In this document: in pieces, positions 1-9,096 of the stretch
Layout: each line of letters begins with the position of its first letter
Position numbering within the stretch: position 1 is the stretch's first letter
Position numbers and translations under genes: made by a program
Assembly: GCA_030390025.1 (NCBI GenBank)
Contig: CM059432.1
Coordinates: 88,104,001 to 88,168,000, forward strand
Direction: 5' to 3'
DNA length: 64,000 nucleotides
Source: Squalus acanthias
Lineage: Eukaryota
Notes under the pieces: generated by a model
The model's database searches: none
Seen by the model: only the letters and a program-made list of their open reading frames with translations
Told to the model about the DNA's origin: nothing

Positions 1-1383
1 CCCCAGTCATCCGGGATTGTTGAACGCATGAACCGGACCCTGAAGGAGAAATTGAGGAAAGAGACTAGGAACTCGCCCCAAAAATGGGCGGAAGTTCTGC
101 CTTTAGTCCTCATGGGGGTCCGGGCCAGTCAGTCAAAAAGTACGGGGTACTCCCCGCACGAGGTGATGACTGGGAGGCTCATGCGAACCCCCACCCATGT
201 GCTAGCGCCGGTGCTCACTGAGGGTCAGCTCCAAGAGATAAGCAGGGACAAGTTCGCCCAGACTCTCTTGGAGCGCCTGAAGCAGGTTTATGAGCAGGCG
301 GCTGGGAACATGGGAAGGCAGCATCAGGGCAATCGCCTGCTGCTGGAACCCCGCAAAACGCGGGAGTGGGAAGTAGGAGACCAGGTCATGGTCAGAAACT
401 ACGCCAGAGTAGGGAGTCTGGAACCACTGTATATGGGACCCTACAACATTGTAGACAAGGCGAGTCCCATGGTATACGCCGTAAAAGTACCTCGGCGCAC
501 TAAGTGGTTCCACGTAAACCAATGCAAACTGTACAAGCCAGGTGCGCAAGGGAAAACCACAGCGGTAAACCCTGCCAGTGGGGAAGCACAGCCCCAGGTA
601 GGACCACAAGGCACACAGGCAGGCATAGCAGCTTGCATCAGGGGAGGGGACATCCTGGAAGATCATGAAGCCTTTTTGTGGAGTTGGGAGTCAGATGAGG
701 GAGAATTCCGGGAACTCGAGTCAGATGAGGATAGTGATGAAGACGAGTGGTTTTTGGGGAACGGTCCCATTTTAGGTATAGGGAGGATACGGGCTGCAGA
801 TAGAGATCCACACAGGGTGGACACACAAGCTGCAGGTCCCGAAGACAGGAGGGAGGAGCTAGGGGAGGCGGGGCCAGCCGCTGTGGGAGCACAGGGAGTG
901 ACGGTGAGGACCCCAGAGACAGAGCCGCCCGCTTTGAACGTCCCGCCCTCGGGGGAGGCAGAGATCGCGAGTGAAGGGCCGCCTGCTGGGCCGAGCAGGG
1001 TGGAGCCACAAACTGCGAGCCCCGAGGTTAGGGAGGCGGAGTCAGCGGAGGCGGAGCCAGCGACTGTGGTGGAACCCCAGGTCGTCCCGATGGAAGTCTC
1101 GGAACCCGGTCCGTCAGTCACGGAACCCCCGCCCATGGCAACTCCCCGTAGGTCAAGTAGAGAACCCCAGCCCAGGAGGATGTGGTCATGTCCCCAGACT
1201 GCCCCAAGGCGTAGACTTAAGGTTAAGGCAACCCAGATACAGCCCGGCCCCATCGCAGCAGCAACAGGCTGCGGCAGATCAGAGGAAGGAATCAGTGCAG
1301 CAACAGGCTGCGGCAGATCAAAGGGAAGGGTCAGTGCCCTCCCACCGTCGGGAAGAGCTCGCAGCAGCCTTCTCAGAATTTAA
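1..1383 (+). CDS. pol: pol 3' end: integrase core/C-terminal domain plus long low-complexity extension (5'-partial)
   Basis: Frame open from base 1: PQSSGIVERMNRTLK (catalytic E), W.EVLPLVL, TGYSPHEVMTGR, VGDQVMVR, GPY motif (LEPLYMGPY), WFHVNQCK. Confidence 0.92.
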   Translation, partial: PQSSGIVERMNRTLKEKLRKETRNSPQKWAEVLPLVLMGVRASQSKSTGYSPHEVMTGRLMRTPTHVLAPVLTEGQLQEISRDKFAQTLLERLKQVYEQAAGNMGRQHQGNRLLLEPRKTREWEVGDQVMVRNYARVGSLEPLYMGPYNIVDKASPMVYAVKVPRRTKWFHVNQCKLYKPGAQGKTTAVNPASGEAQPQVGPQGTQAGIAACIRGGDILEDHEAFLWSWESDEGEFRELESDEDSDEDEWFLGNGPILGIGRIRAADRDPHRVDTQAAGPEDRREELGEAGPAAVGAQGVTVRTPETEPPALNVPPSGEAEIASEGPPAGPSRVEPQTASPEVREAESAEAEPATVVEPQVVPMEVSEPGPSVTEPPPMATPRRSSREPQPRRMWSCPQTAPRRRLKVKATQIQPGPIAAATGCGRSEEGISAATGCGRSKGRVSALPPSGRARSSLLRI

Positions 1384-1632
1384 AGGGGCCGCCCTGAGAA
1401 CGGGCGGCACTGTATAGTAATAAGTTTTAAGTTTTAAGTTCATAGTTCAAGGTTAAGTTTATAGTTTTAATAAGGTTAAGATTGTAGTGTTTTTAACAGA
1501 AAACGATAAAATGATGGGAGCTTTAAAGATAGGTTTAGTTAAAGTTTATTCAGCGAACGTTGAAGTTTACGTGAGGCGAGGTCAGGGGACCCGCTCACCC
1601 TTCACAAAAGCCAGAGACTCTTGCGAGGCTGG

Positions 1633-1656
1633 CTACCTCATTCTATCTGATCACAG
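1633..1656 (+). promoter_or_regulatory. putative env splice acceptor
   Basis: CTACCTCATTCTATCTGATCACAG|G: branch-like CTCAT, pyrimidine-rich tract and CAG, 13 nt upstream of the env ATG. Confidence 0.55.
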
Positions 1657-1669
1657 GAACCAAGGAAGG

Positions 1670-4021
1670 ATGGAACGAATTCTAGTATTGCTCGCGGCAA
1701 TCGGATGTGGATTGGCCTATCGAGGCCGCACCAAGGATGTCGTGGTGTTTGGATGTTCCGGGGACACGGCCCCCATCGCGGTGGATGGGACCGGAAGACG
1801 GGAGGCAGAGGAGACCAGCACCTATTTCCACAAGGGAAGGTGGCCAGGATGGCTGGGAACGAACTCAACGGAGTATTCTAGCACATCGGGGTTTGCCTAC
1901 AAAGAGACTTCTTTAATGTGCCCCAAAGTAAGGATCATCGCACCCAGGATCAGCGTCACCGTCGGCAAACGGATTTGTTTGACTTGTAGTGGGAATGTCC
2001 CATTGAGCCGATGGTGGTGGCTGCGAAAGCTGAGCAAAACTATGAGGAACTCTTCGGTCGAGTGGGAACGACTGGGTAATAATACCCATCGGACAATTAC
2101 GGGGACAAACGGACAAGTGAAAGTCTGTTGGGACAAATGGTGGGAACCGGACGAGGGAATTTATGTATGCATGTGGGGGTCAAAATACCCTTGCCCCAAA
2201 GGCATATCCATATTTTTCATTAATCAGTGGCAGGATAACGGACAGGGGATGAGGTGGGATGCGAGCACCAGGGGGTGCGGAGCCCCATACTCTTCGATCC
2301 CGGTAAATGCCACTGAGCTCATTACACGCCCACGCAAAGCCCCGCCCACGATTCCGGTGGTTCTAGCTGAGGAAGAAGGGTGCCCTAAAACTAGTAAGGG
2401 ACCCGGGAATGGTTTGGTACTGGTCCCCACAGACCAGATACTATTTCAGGGAGTACATTACGCGGTGGCCTCGGTGATTTTAAATCTCACCGAGGTGCGG
2501 TTACCAGAGTGGTGCCCCAAAAAGACGGAACAGTTGTATCAGGTCCTGTTGACCAAGATGTTCAGACAATTTTACGAATTCGATTTCGCGGAAATTGATA
2601 AAACAAGTTTGTACACCGCACCACAGGAAGTTTTGGATCAAGTAGGGAGGCAAAGAAGGGGTTTGGTGAACGATGCGTTCACTGCTTTTAACACGGGTAC
2701 ATCTGTGGTCAACGCTCTAGACAGTGTGGAGCTGCAGACCCAGATTAATGGTTTAAAGACACAATTAAAAGACATTCTAACAGATGAGAATAAAGTGGTA
2801 GGGTCGGGTCTACACGAGGACCAAGCCATGACTCTCCATTTAAAGGAAATTATAGCAGAGTTGGAGAAACATGCAAAGACGGTAAATGCCCTGATTAGGG
2901 AAGATCGGAATGCATCCGATCAAGCTGCGCAGAACGAGGTGTGCGTGCTTTACGGGGCGTGGTTACTGGGCGAAGGCCGCAGTAATTTGGAGGATTTAAA
3001 ACAAGGTTTGGTCCCGTCCTGGATAAGTAACAAACACCTGCGGGCGCTCCACCCTTTTCAGAACGCACTGAGCCCGTGCCAGCTCAGGCTAGCTTCAGAA
3101 GCATACCCAGTCCCCGTGGACTGCGGACGATCAAACCATACCATTATGGGTATAGTTTTACGCATGCCGGTTTTGGGCGACACAGCAAAGCCCGCCCCGG
3201 TGTATCGGGTAGAGAACATTGGTGTCATTCAGGGGGGAGCCCACATTCGTTATGCAGCGGTTCCACCTTACATCATCCGCTGGGAGCAAACGATGACAGG
3301 TACAGATCTCTCTGGTTGTCGTGGCAGGGGAGCACACATAATACTGTGTCCCCAGCACTTGAATGCCTTTTTAACACCACAGTGCGGGTTCAGAACGGCT
3401 GGCGCCAAGTCCATGAATTGCACCATGGAGGCAATGGCACAAGATCATGTGCCTCCGCAGGTAGCATACATCGGGGGTGGAACATATTGTGTTACCACTG
3501 CAGCGCAACACTACCAGCATGGAAACCGTAGCCGGTGTCCGGTGAGTGACAGCAGTTTCTGTTTTAAACCCAGGGCGGAAGTTCAAGTAGCACAACAGCG
3601 AATTATCCCAATCCCTGAACCATCCACTGTTCATCTCACAGTAAAAGAGAATTTCACCGACTTGCAACGATTCGTCGCGCATTTCGGATACCTCATTCCC
3701 CCTCTCCCTGAACACCTCACCAAGCTTTTAAAAGCCGTCGCGGTGTCACAGAAACATTTTTACACATTAGAACAGAAAACTGTCGAAATAGGAACAGACA
3801 TTCTGGATATAGTAGTTCCACCGTGGTGGAATCTGTTCACCAATATTGAAGTGCCTTCATGGATCAGAATAGCCTCCCACATTTTAGTCGTATGTCAAGT
3901 GTTTATTGTAGTGTACCTATTGGTCGTACATTGTAAAAGAGACAAACGCCTCACCAAGCATGAAAACACGGGAGAGTGGCGAGAACGTTACGTGCGCGTG
4001 CACGATGAAAGCACCGTGTAA
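1670..4021 (+). CDS. env: envelope glycoprotein, 783 aa, F-like class I fusion protein with N-terminal Ig-like domain
   Basis: Strong-Kozak ATG (AGGATGG); signal peptide MERILVLLAAIGCGLA; furin site RQRR (2648-2659) followed by fusion-peptide-like GLVNDAFTAFNTGTSVVNAL and heptad repeat; Cys-rich region; about ten N-glycosylation sequons; TM helix about 3869-3930; no stops. Confidence 0.9.
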   Translation: MERILVLLAAIGCGLAYRGRTKDVVVFGCSGDTAPIAVDGTGRREAEETSTYFHKGRWPGWLGTNSTEYSSTSGFAYKETSLMCPKVRIIAPRISVTVGKRICLTCSGNVPLSRWWWLRKLSKTMRNSSVEWERLGNNTHRTITGTNGQVKVCWDKWWEPDEGIYVCMWGSKYPCPKGISIFFINQWQDNGQGMRWDASTRGCGAPYSSIPVNATELITRPRKAPPTIPVVLAEEEGCPKTSKGPGNGLVLVPTDQILFQGVHYAVASVILNLTEVRLPEWCPKKTEQLYQVLLTKMFRQFYEFDFAEIDKTSLYTAPQEVLDQVGRQRRGLVNDAFTAFNTGTSVVNALDSVELQTQINGLKTQLKDILTDENKVVGSGLHEDQAMTLHLKEIIAELEKHAKTVNALIREDRNASDQAAQNEVCVLYGAWLLGEGRSNLEDLKQGLVPSWISNKHLRALHPFQNALSPCQLRLASEAYPVPVDCGRSNHTIMGIVLRMPVLGDTAKPAPVYRVENIGVIQGGAHIRYAAVPPYIIRWEQTMTGTDLSGCRGRGAHIILCPQHLNAFLTPQCGFRTAGAKSMNCTMEAMAQDHVPPQVAYIGGGTYCVTTAAQHYQHGNRSRCPVSDSSFCFKPRAEVQVAQQRIIPIPEPSTVHLTVKENFTDLQRFVAHFGYLIPPLPEHLTKLLKAVAVSQKHFYTLEQKTVEIGTDILDIVVPPWWNLFTNIEVPSWIRIASHILVVCQVFIVVYLLVVHCKRDKRLTKHENTGEWRERYVRVHDESTV

Positions 4022-4463
4022 TCGGAAAATGGCGTCACTCCCGCTCGCCACGTGCGCCGCGGAAGTTTGTACTCGATCATGATTTTCAAAGATTGTAAAT
4101 ACGTTTGGGAACTCGACATGTTTTAAGAGTTGGTGTTGATTATTTTGGTGATGGTGTTGTTGTTAAATATGATCGTTTGATTTTGTTTTGTTTTTCTTTT
4201 CACGGAATAAAAAAAATGTGAATATACAGGTGATACGAGAGGCATCGGCCTGGTTACGCCGGGAAGGAAAACAAGTGGTGTAAGTTTAAGGGCAAATAAA
4301 GGCCCACGGTGATATAAAATGTAATTTTCTTGGGAAATAAGGACGACACAGAGACCCTAATTAGGTTAAAGTTATGGGATTAATTTGCTGGATTCGGAGA
4401 GAAATCGAGATAATATTGCTCACCACTATGATTTTTGATACGATAAGCGGAGTTATTCGCATC

Positions 4464-4475
4464 AACAGGAGGGAC
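4464..4475 (+). other. polypurine tract
   Basis: AACAGGAGGGAC immediately before the LTR-initial TGTAG. Confidence 0.75.
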
Positions 4476-6113
4476 TGTAGAATTCGCAATATATTATTAA
4501 TAAGGAGAAAACACAGAGTCTCGTTCAAACAGCTTTTATTTCAGCAGAATGCTGTCAGGTTTCTCAAAGTGGACACAAGCAGCCTGTAAAATGGCCGCCG
4601 CACCTCGTGACAGAACATTCTAGACTTTTCGACAGGCAGACAAGATGGCGTTCCAATAAACATTTGTGCAAGATCGATTAAGATTCAGCACAGTGAAGAT
4701 AATACACGAGACATTATGGGTTTGCAGTATACACATAAATACTGAAATCGGTCTCCCAGGTACGAATAAAAGCTATTGTACCGAGTAATCAAGGGCCCAT
4801 CCAAAAGACATTAATATGTAAAATCCCAACGACTCTACGATGAGAGAGCCGTTAGCAGGTAGTTATACAAAACACTTGGAGGCCCCAAAACCCCTCCAGG
4901 GAGAACACCGACTGATTTAACAATGGGAGAAATATTAACAGGTACTCAGACAGTTACGAGTAGCCCCGAAACCCATTAAGAACGGAGATCACCCATACAA
5001 GACATTTGAGCGCCAAACTCAAACAAAAGAAAGGACATTAAGGTTGGGCGGGAAACGGAAGATTTTGTACTATAATTACAAGCTCCAACTGTCCATCTTT
5101 CTCTTATTCTCTTATCCGATCGACTCGTAACCTCGTGGCTGCTCCTGTGTTTTTGACTCGTAGTCTTGTTCCTGCTTGCCTGGTGCCTCTTTGAAAAAGA
5201 CTGTTGAACTTTCTGATCCGTTCGGATCTACCTCGTGTCGCGTAACGAAGACCTATGTTGGTAACTGGCATCGGAACCAAAGGCCCGAGATGAGATGAGA
5301 TGAGATGAGATGAGATGAGATGAGAAGAGAGGAAGACCATACTCATCGCCACGGTCAGTAAATCCCGACCGTGCCTGTAGGTCGAACAGCCAAGTTTTCC
5401 TTGCCAGGAAGACTTCTTTGAACTTGCAAGAACGGATCGTCAAAGATGATATTGACTGGGCTGTATTCGGAAAGTACCTGTTAAACCAACCAACACAGAT
5501 CTTCATCACAGCAGACGGTCCAGCCTGCTAGCCGGAGCAGAAGCAAGTAAACAAGTGGGACCAGGAGACCTCCTGATCGACACGTGGGTGCTGCGGTGAA
5601 AAACATCCGATCAGCTATTCGGAATTTCTCCGAGTTATCACGAGTGGTGAGCATGAGTCTCGAAATCCTACGAATCTAGCTAGGACAGATATTGATAGGG
5701 GAGGGTTTAAGTATTAAGGATACTTGTAATGTGTGCCCCTATTTACGGTGTGTCGTTCGTTCCTCGTTTCCCTAGGATCAGCTATATAACTGCTTGTAAG
5801 ATTGTACTGTCATTAATCTGTGCTTATGACATGTATTTCGTAATCTTAAATATCATGCAATAAAGATTTTCCATTTCGTACCATTCAACCGAGTCTACAT
5901 GAGTTTCATCTCCATTACTGCTCTCGCATCTAAGTCCAGTGTCTAGAACCATAAGGGCAAGTGATTCGAACCACTCACAGGTGTGTCTAGTGCTCCCAGA
6001 CTGGCTGGAGACCAGAACAGGCAACAAGGCCTAAACCCGCACTGACATACAGGCTGCACAGAGCCGCGTGAATCTCACAGGCTGCGAGACACGCAGGGTC
6101 AGAATCCCTTACA
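4476..6113 (+). repeat. 3' LTR (about 1.64 kb) of the env-bearing element
   Basis: Starts TGTAG, ends CTTACA; colinear with 17722-19352; TATA-like TATAAT at 5071, AATAAA at 5859. Confidence 0.88.
5287..5325 (+). repeat. (GAGAT)n microsatellite inside the LTR
   Basis: Direct reading; the equivalent solo-LTR site (about 18575-18616) is a degenerate GAGAC/GAA repeat. Confidence 0.95.
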
Positions 6114-7753
6114 TTTTAGATTTACAGCATCTGCCCGCAGAGGGAAAAGGAATATACAGAAGATGAAGAAATAGAAGAGGAGGAAGCCGAAGAAACAGAA
6201 GAGGAGGAAGCAGAAAAGGAGGAAGCAGAAGAGGAGGAAGCAGAAGGAAGGATGCAACCCAGACAGCCCCTTTCTAGCCGGGAGATGGAATCATCCGCCT
6301 GTGGTACCAGTGACACAACCCCAATTCCCCTTTCAACATTAGTCCCACACCTTACCTTCCCTCTGTTACTGACCATCACAGCATCCTCTTGGCCATGATG
6401 CTAAAATAAAAGCCACTACAAAGCAAAGTTTCCGATCCAAATTTCTACAGCTACTATACATCTAATATGACATCAAGAAATCAACTCATCTCCCTTATGC
6501 ATTCTCTTCATGTCTGTCTTGTGTGTGCCTTTGCCAGTCCTAGTGCTCCTATGAAGTGCTCCCCCATGGCTGCAGCATGGCTGGTGGAAGGCTGCTGACT
6601 TTCAGTGGGGGAGACTGCAAATGGCCTTGTTGGTTGACCTTGAGGAGCTGGTGGAAGGGAGTGACGGTGTTTCTTCTTCTTCTTCTTCTTCTTCTTCTTC
6701 TTTTTCTTCTTTTCCTTCTTCTCCTCCTTCTTCTTGTTCTTTTTCTGCACAAGGGTGAAGTTGTGGTGAGGGGAGGGCTGGAAAGCATGAGGTGCATGCC
6801 AGAGGGAGGATAACGTATGAGGATACCAGCATCTTGTATCCTTTCTGTCCCGCCGCTGGCCAAGGGCTCAGCCATGCACCTGCTAAGAATGGCCATCACC
6901 GTCTCCTCCAAGGGGGAGAGGTAAAGCTAGGAATGGGAGGTGTGCCTCGTGATTGGTACAGATTGTTGGTAGGTGAGTGATGGGGGGAGGGTGGCGGTGG
7001 GTGGGGAGTCGTGCATTCAGCAGTGTGCGAGGCTAGTGGTGCAGTTGGTAGGAGACGGCTTTTGAAGATATATTCACTGACCTTGACCAGTGGTCTGAGG
7101 TCATGAAGCTTCTTTGGGGACTGAAGCCAGGTGGTGGGGGCGACACTGCTGGCAGTGACCGCCTCGGTGATGTGATCCCACATCGTTCTTTCTGGAGGGC
7201 CGCCTGGCCCCTGTGTGTAGAGGACCTCTCTTGCAGTGTTGACCCCCTGCACAAAGCTGAAGTGTTATGTGCGAGATCCTGGGTGACTCTCGCTGGCTTG
7301 CTGAGCCATTTGTGTTAGTGCTGAAGCACTTTTCCCATATTTTGAGCTTCAGAAGGGAATTCAGCTTTAAGTGCTGAAGACTCCCATTTGGACTTCTTTT
7401 CAGTGTTAATTTTTTTTTAAAGGCAGGAAGGGCTGAAAACTGCATTTTTTCACTTCATTTTAATTTTTATTAGTTCTGAATGCATTGCCCTTTCAATGCA
7501 ATGCCCTTTTAATTTCCCACAATTCCTTGCAAACTCCATAGCCCCCAGAGACTGATAGAAGCTGGAACATCACTTCAGGATGGGAACTTCGACTGCCATG
7601 CCTGCACTGACGCTACCAGGAGGCCGTTACACGGTAAGTTAGCGCTGGGCTACACATCTTTAGCCCCCAGAATGAATTTTTTCCTGGTAGCGCTTCGTCC
7701 ATTTTCAGCAGCCGTTAACCCGAGTTGCCAGTGACACCGGCAACTCTCGTGAC
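6114..7753 (-). mobile_element. non-autonomous Harbinger-derived element (Myb/SANT gene remnant)
   Basis: Minus-strand QGVNTAREVLY...WDHITEAVTA...KKLHDL Myb-like remnant; inverted copy of 16436-19675; GAA/CTT low-complexity tracts. Confidence 0.75.
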
Positions 7754-7759
7754 GGCCCA

Positions 7760-8195
7760 GATCACTTGATACCCTTATCTAACAAAAATCTACTGATCTC
7801 AGTCTTGAAAATTTCAATTGACCCAGCATTCACAGCCTTTTGGGGAGCGATTCCAGATTTCCATTACCCTTTGTGTGAAAACGTGTTTCCTGATTTTACT
7901 CCTAAATAGTCTAGCTCCAATTTTAAGATTATGCCCCCCTTGTTTCTCTGTATCTACCCTATTGAATCCCTTAATCATTTTAAATACCTCAATTAGATCA
8001 CCCCTCAACCTTCTAAACTCAAGGGAATACAAGTCAGGTTTATGCAACCTGTCCTTATAAGTTAACCGTTTAAGCCCTGGTATCATTCTGGTGAATCTGC
8101 ACTGTACCCATTCTGAGGCCATTATATCTTCCTGAGGTTTGGTGCCCAAAACTGAGCGCAGTGCTCCAGATGGGGTCTGACCAAGGCTTTGTGTC
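7760..8195 (-). mobile_element. CR1 LINE 3' fragment
   Basis: LYSLEFRRLRGDLIEVFK, FTQRV CR1 ORF2 C-terminal motifs. Confidence 0.85.
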
Positions 8196-9096
8196 ATTCA
8201 GCAAGTATTCAAAACAAGTCAGGTCATAAATAATTCAAGGAGTCAAATTTGAGACTGAAATGTCCTTGGATTAAAACATGGAAACACTGTGATTTATTTG
8301 GCACTGTTTCGATCTGCTCCATGTCAGTGAAACAACAGAACGCAAAAAGTGGTTTCCCAACAGAGACCCTACAGACAGTATAGCCATTTAAAAACTATGA
8401 TTTTTAGTTAAATAAATACATTGATGATGTTAAGTATATTCAGCTGGCATCTGTTGTAGATTCATTGCATTACCTTCTGCCGCAGGTGTTTTTATTGAGC
8501 TAATTCACAAGATTTTATTTCCCTCTACTTCGGCTTTGCTGTACTGTCACTTCAAAACAGCACTGTGCAAAAATCACCAGCAATAAGATCCTAATACCCA
8601 ATCTGATTATCCAAAATTCTGATGTCTTGGCACAACAATAAAGTTGAAGATGTTGTGAGATTTTCCAAAGTGAATTATTTGGCTGGAATCACTGGTGTAT
8701 TCTTCAACTTTGGTGGGAAATGAAACGGGCGGTAGAGGATCATCTACCCATGATACCTCCCCCCTGACTTTCCTTTCCATTGACATCACGGGCGGCTATG
8801 CTGCTACTGCACATTTTGCACCCCAATATAATTGAATTTTACCCCCATTACATCTGTAGCGATTGTACCACCCAGTAACCATGTACAGTGGAATGGTTAT
8901 ATTAGCTGAGACCTCACTTTAGCTGTAATTACCATAATTATTCAATTAATTAAACAGAACCAAAATGATTAATGCAAAATTACTAAAACAGCCACTAAAA
9001 CAATTATTTGTGGTCCTGGTTAAACTAAATGACCTGGCTTTTTTCACATTTTTTAGAGAGCTAATCATGTGCACTATTATTATTTGAAGTAGATTT

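Larger units (their letters stand above)
1..6113 (+). mobile_element. 3' half of an env-encoding LTR retroelement / endogenous retrovirus-like provirus (lokiretrovirus-like); 5' part lies outside the window
   Basis: Order integrase ORF, splice acceptor, env ORF, PPT, then TG...CA-bounded LTR homologous to the solo LTR at 17722-19352. Confidence 0.9.

Noticed and set aside
1487..1669. GTG-initiated 61-aa N-terminal extension of env in the ORF track
   Set aside because: The signal peptide, Kozak context and splice acceptor all point to ATG 1670; a foamy-like leader peptide is not excluded but has no support
3076..3715. Overlapping and antisense ORFs within env
   Set aside because: No motifs; expected shadows of a long open frame
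5104..5509. Antisense ORFs in the LTR (HBZ-like accessory gene?)
   Set aside because: Driven by the microsatellite (SSHLI repeats) and not conserved as protein in the solo LTR (18395-18841)
6122..6911. Poly-K/E/R/S ORFs
   Set aside because: Translations of GAA/CTT simple repeats
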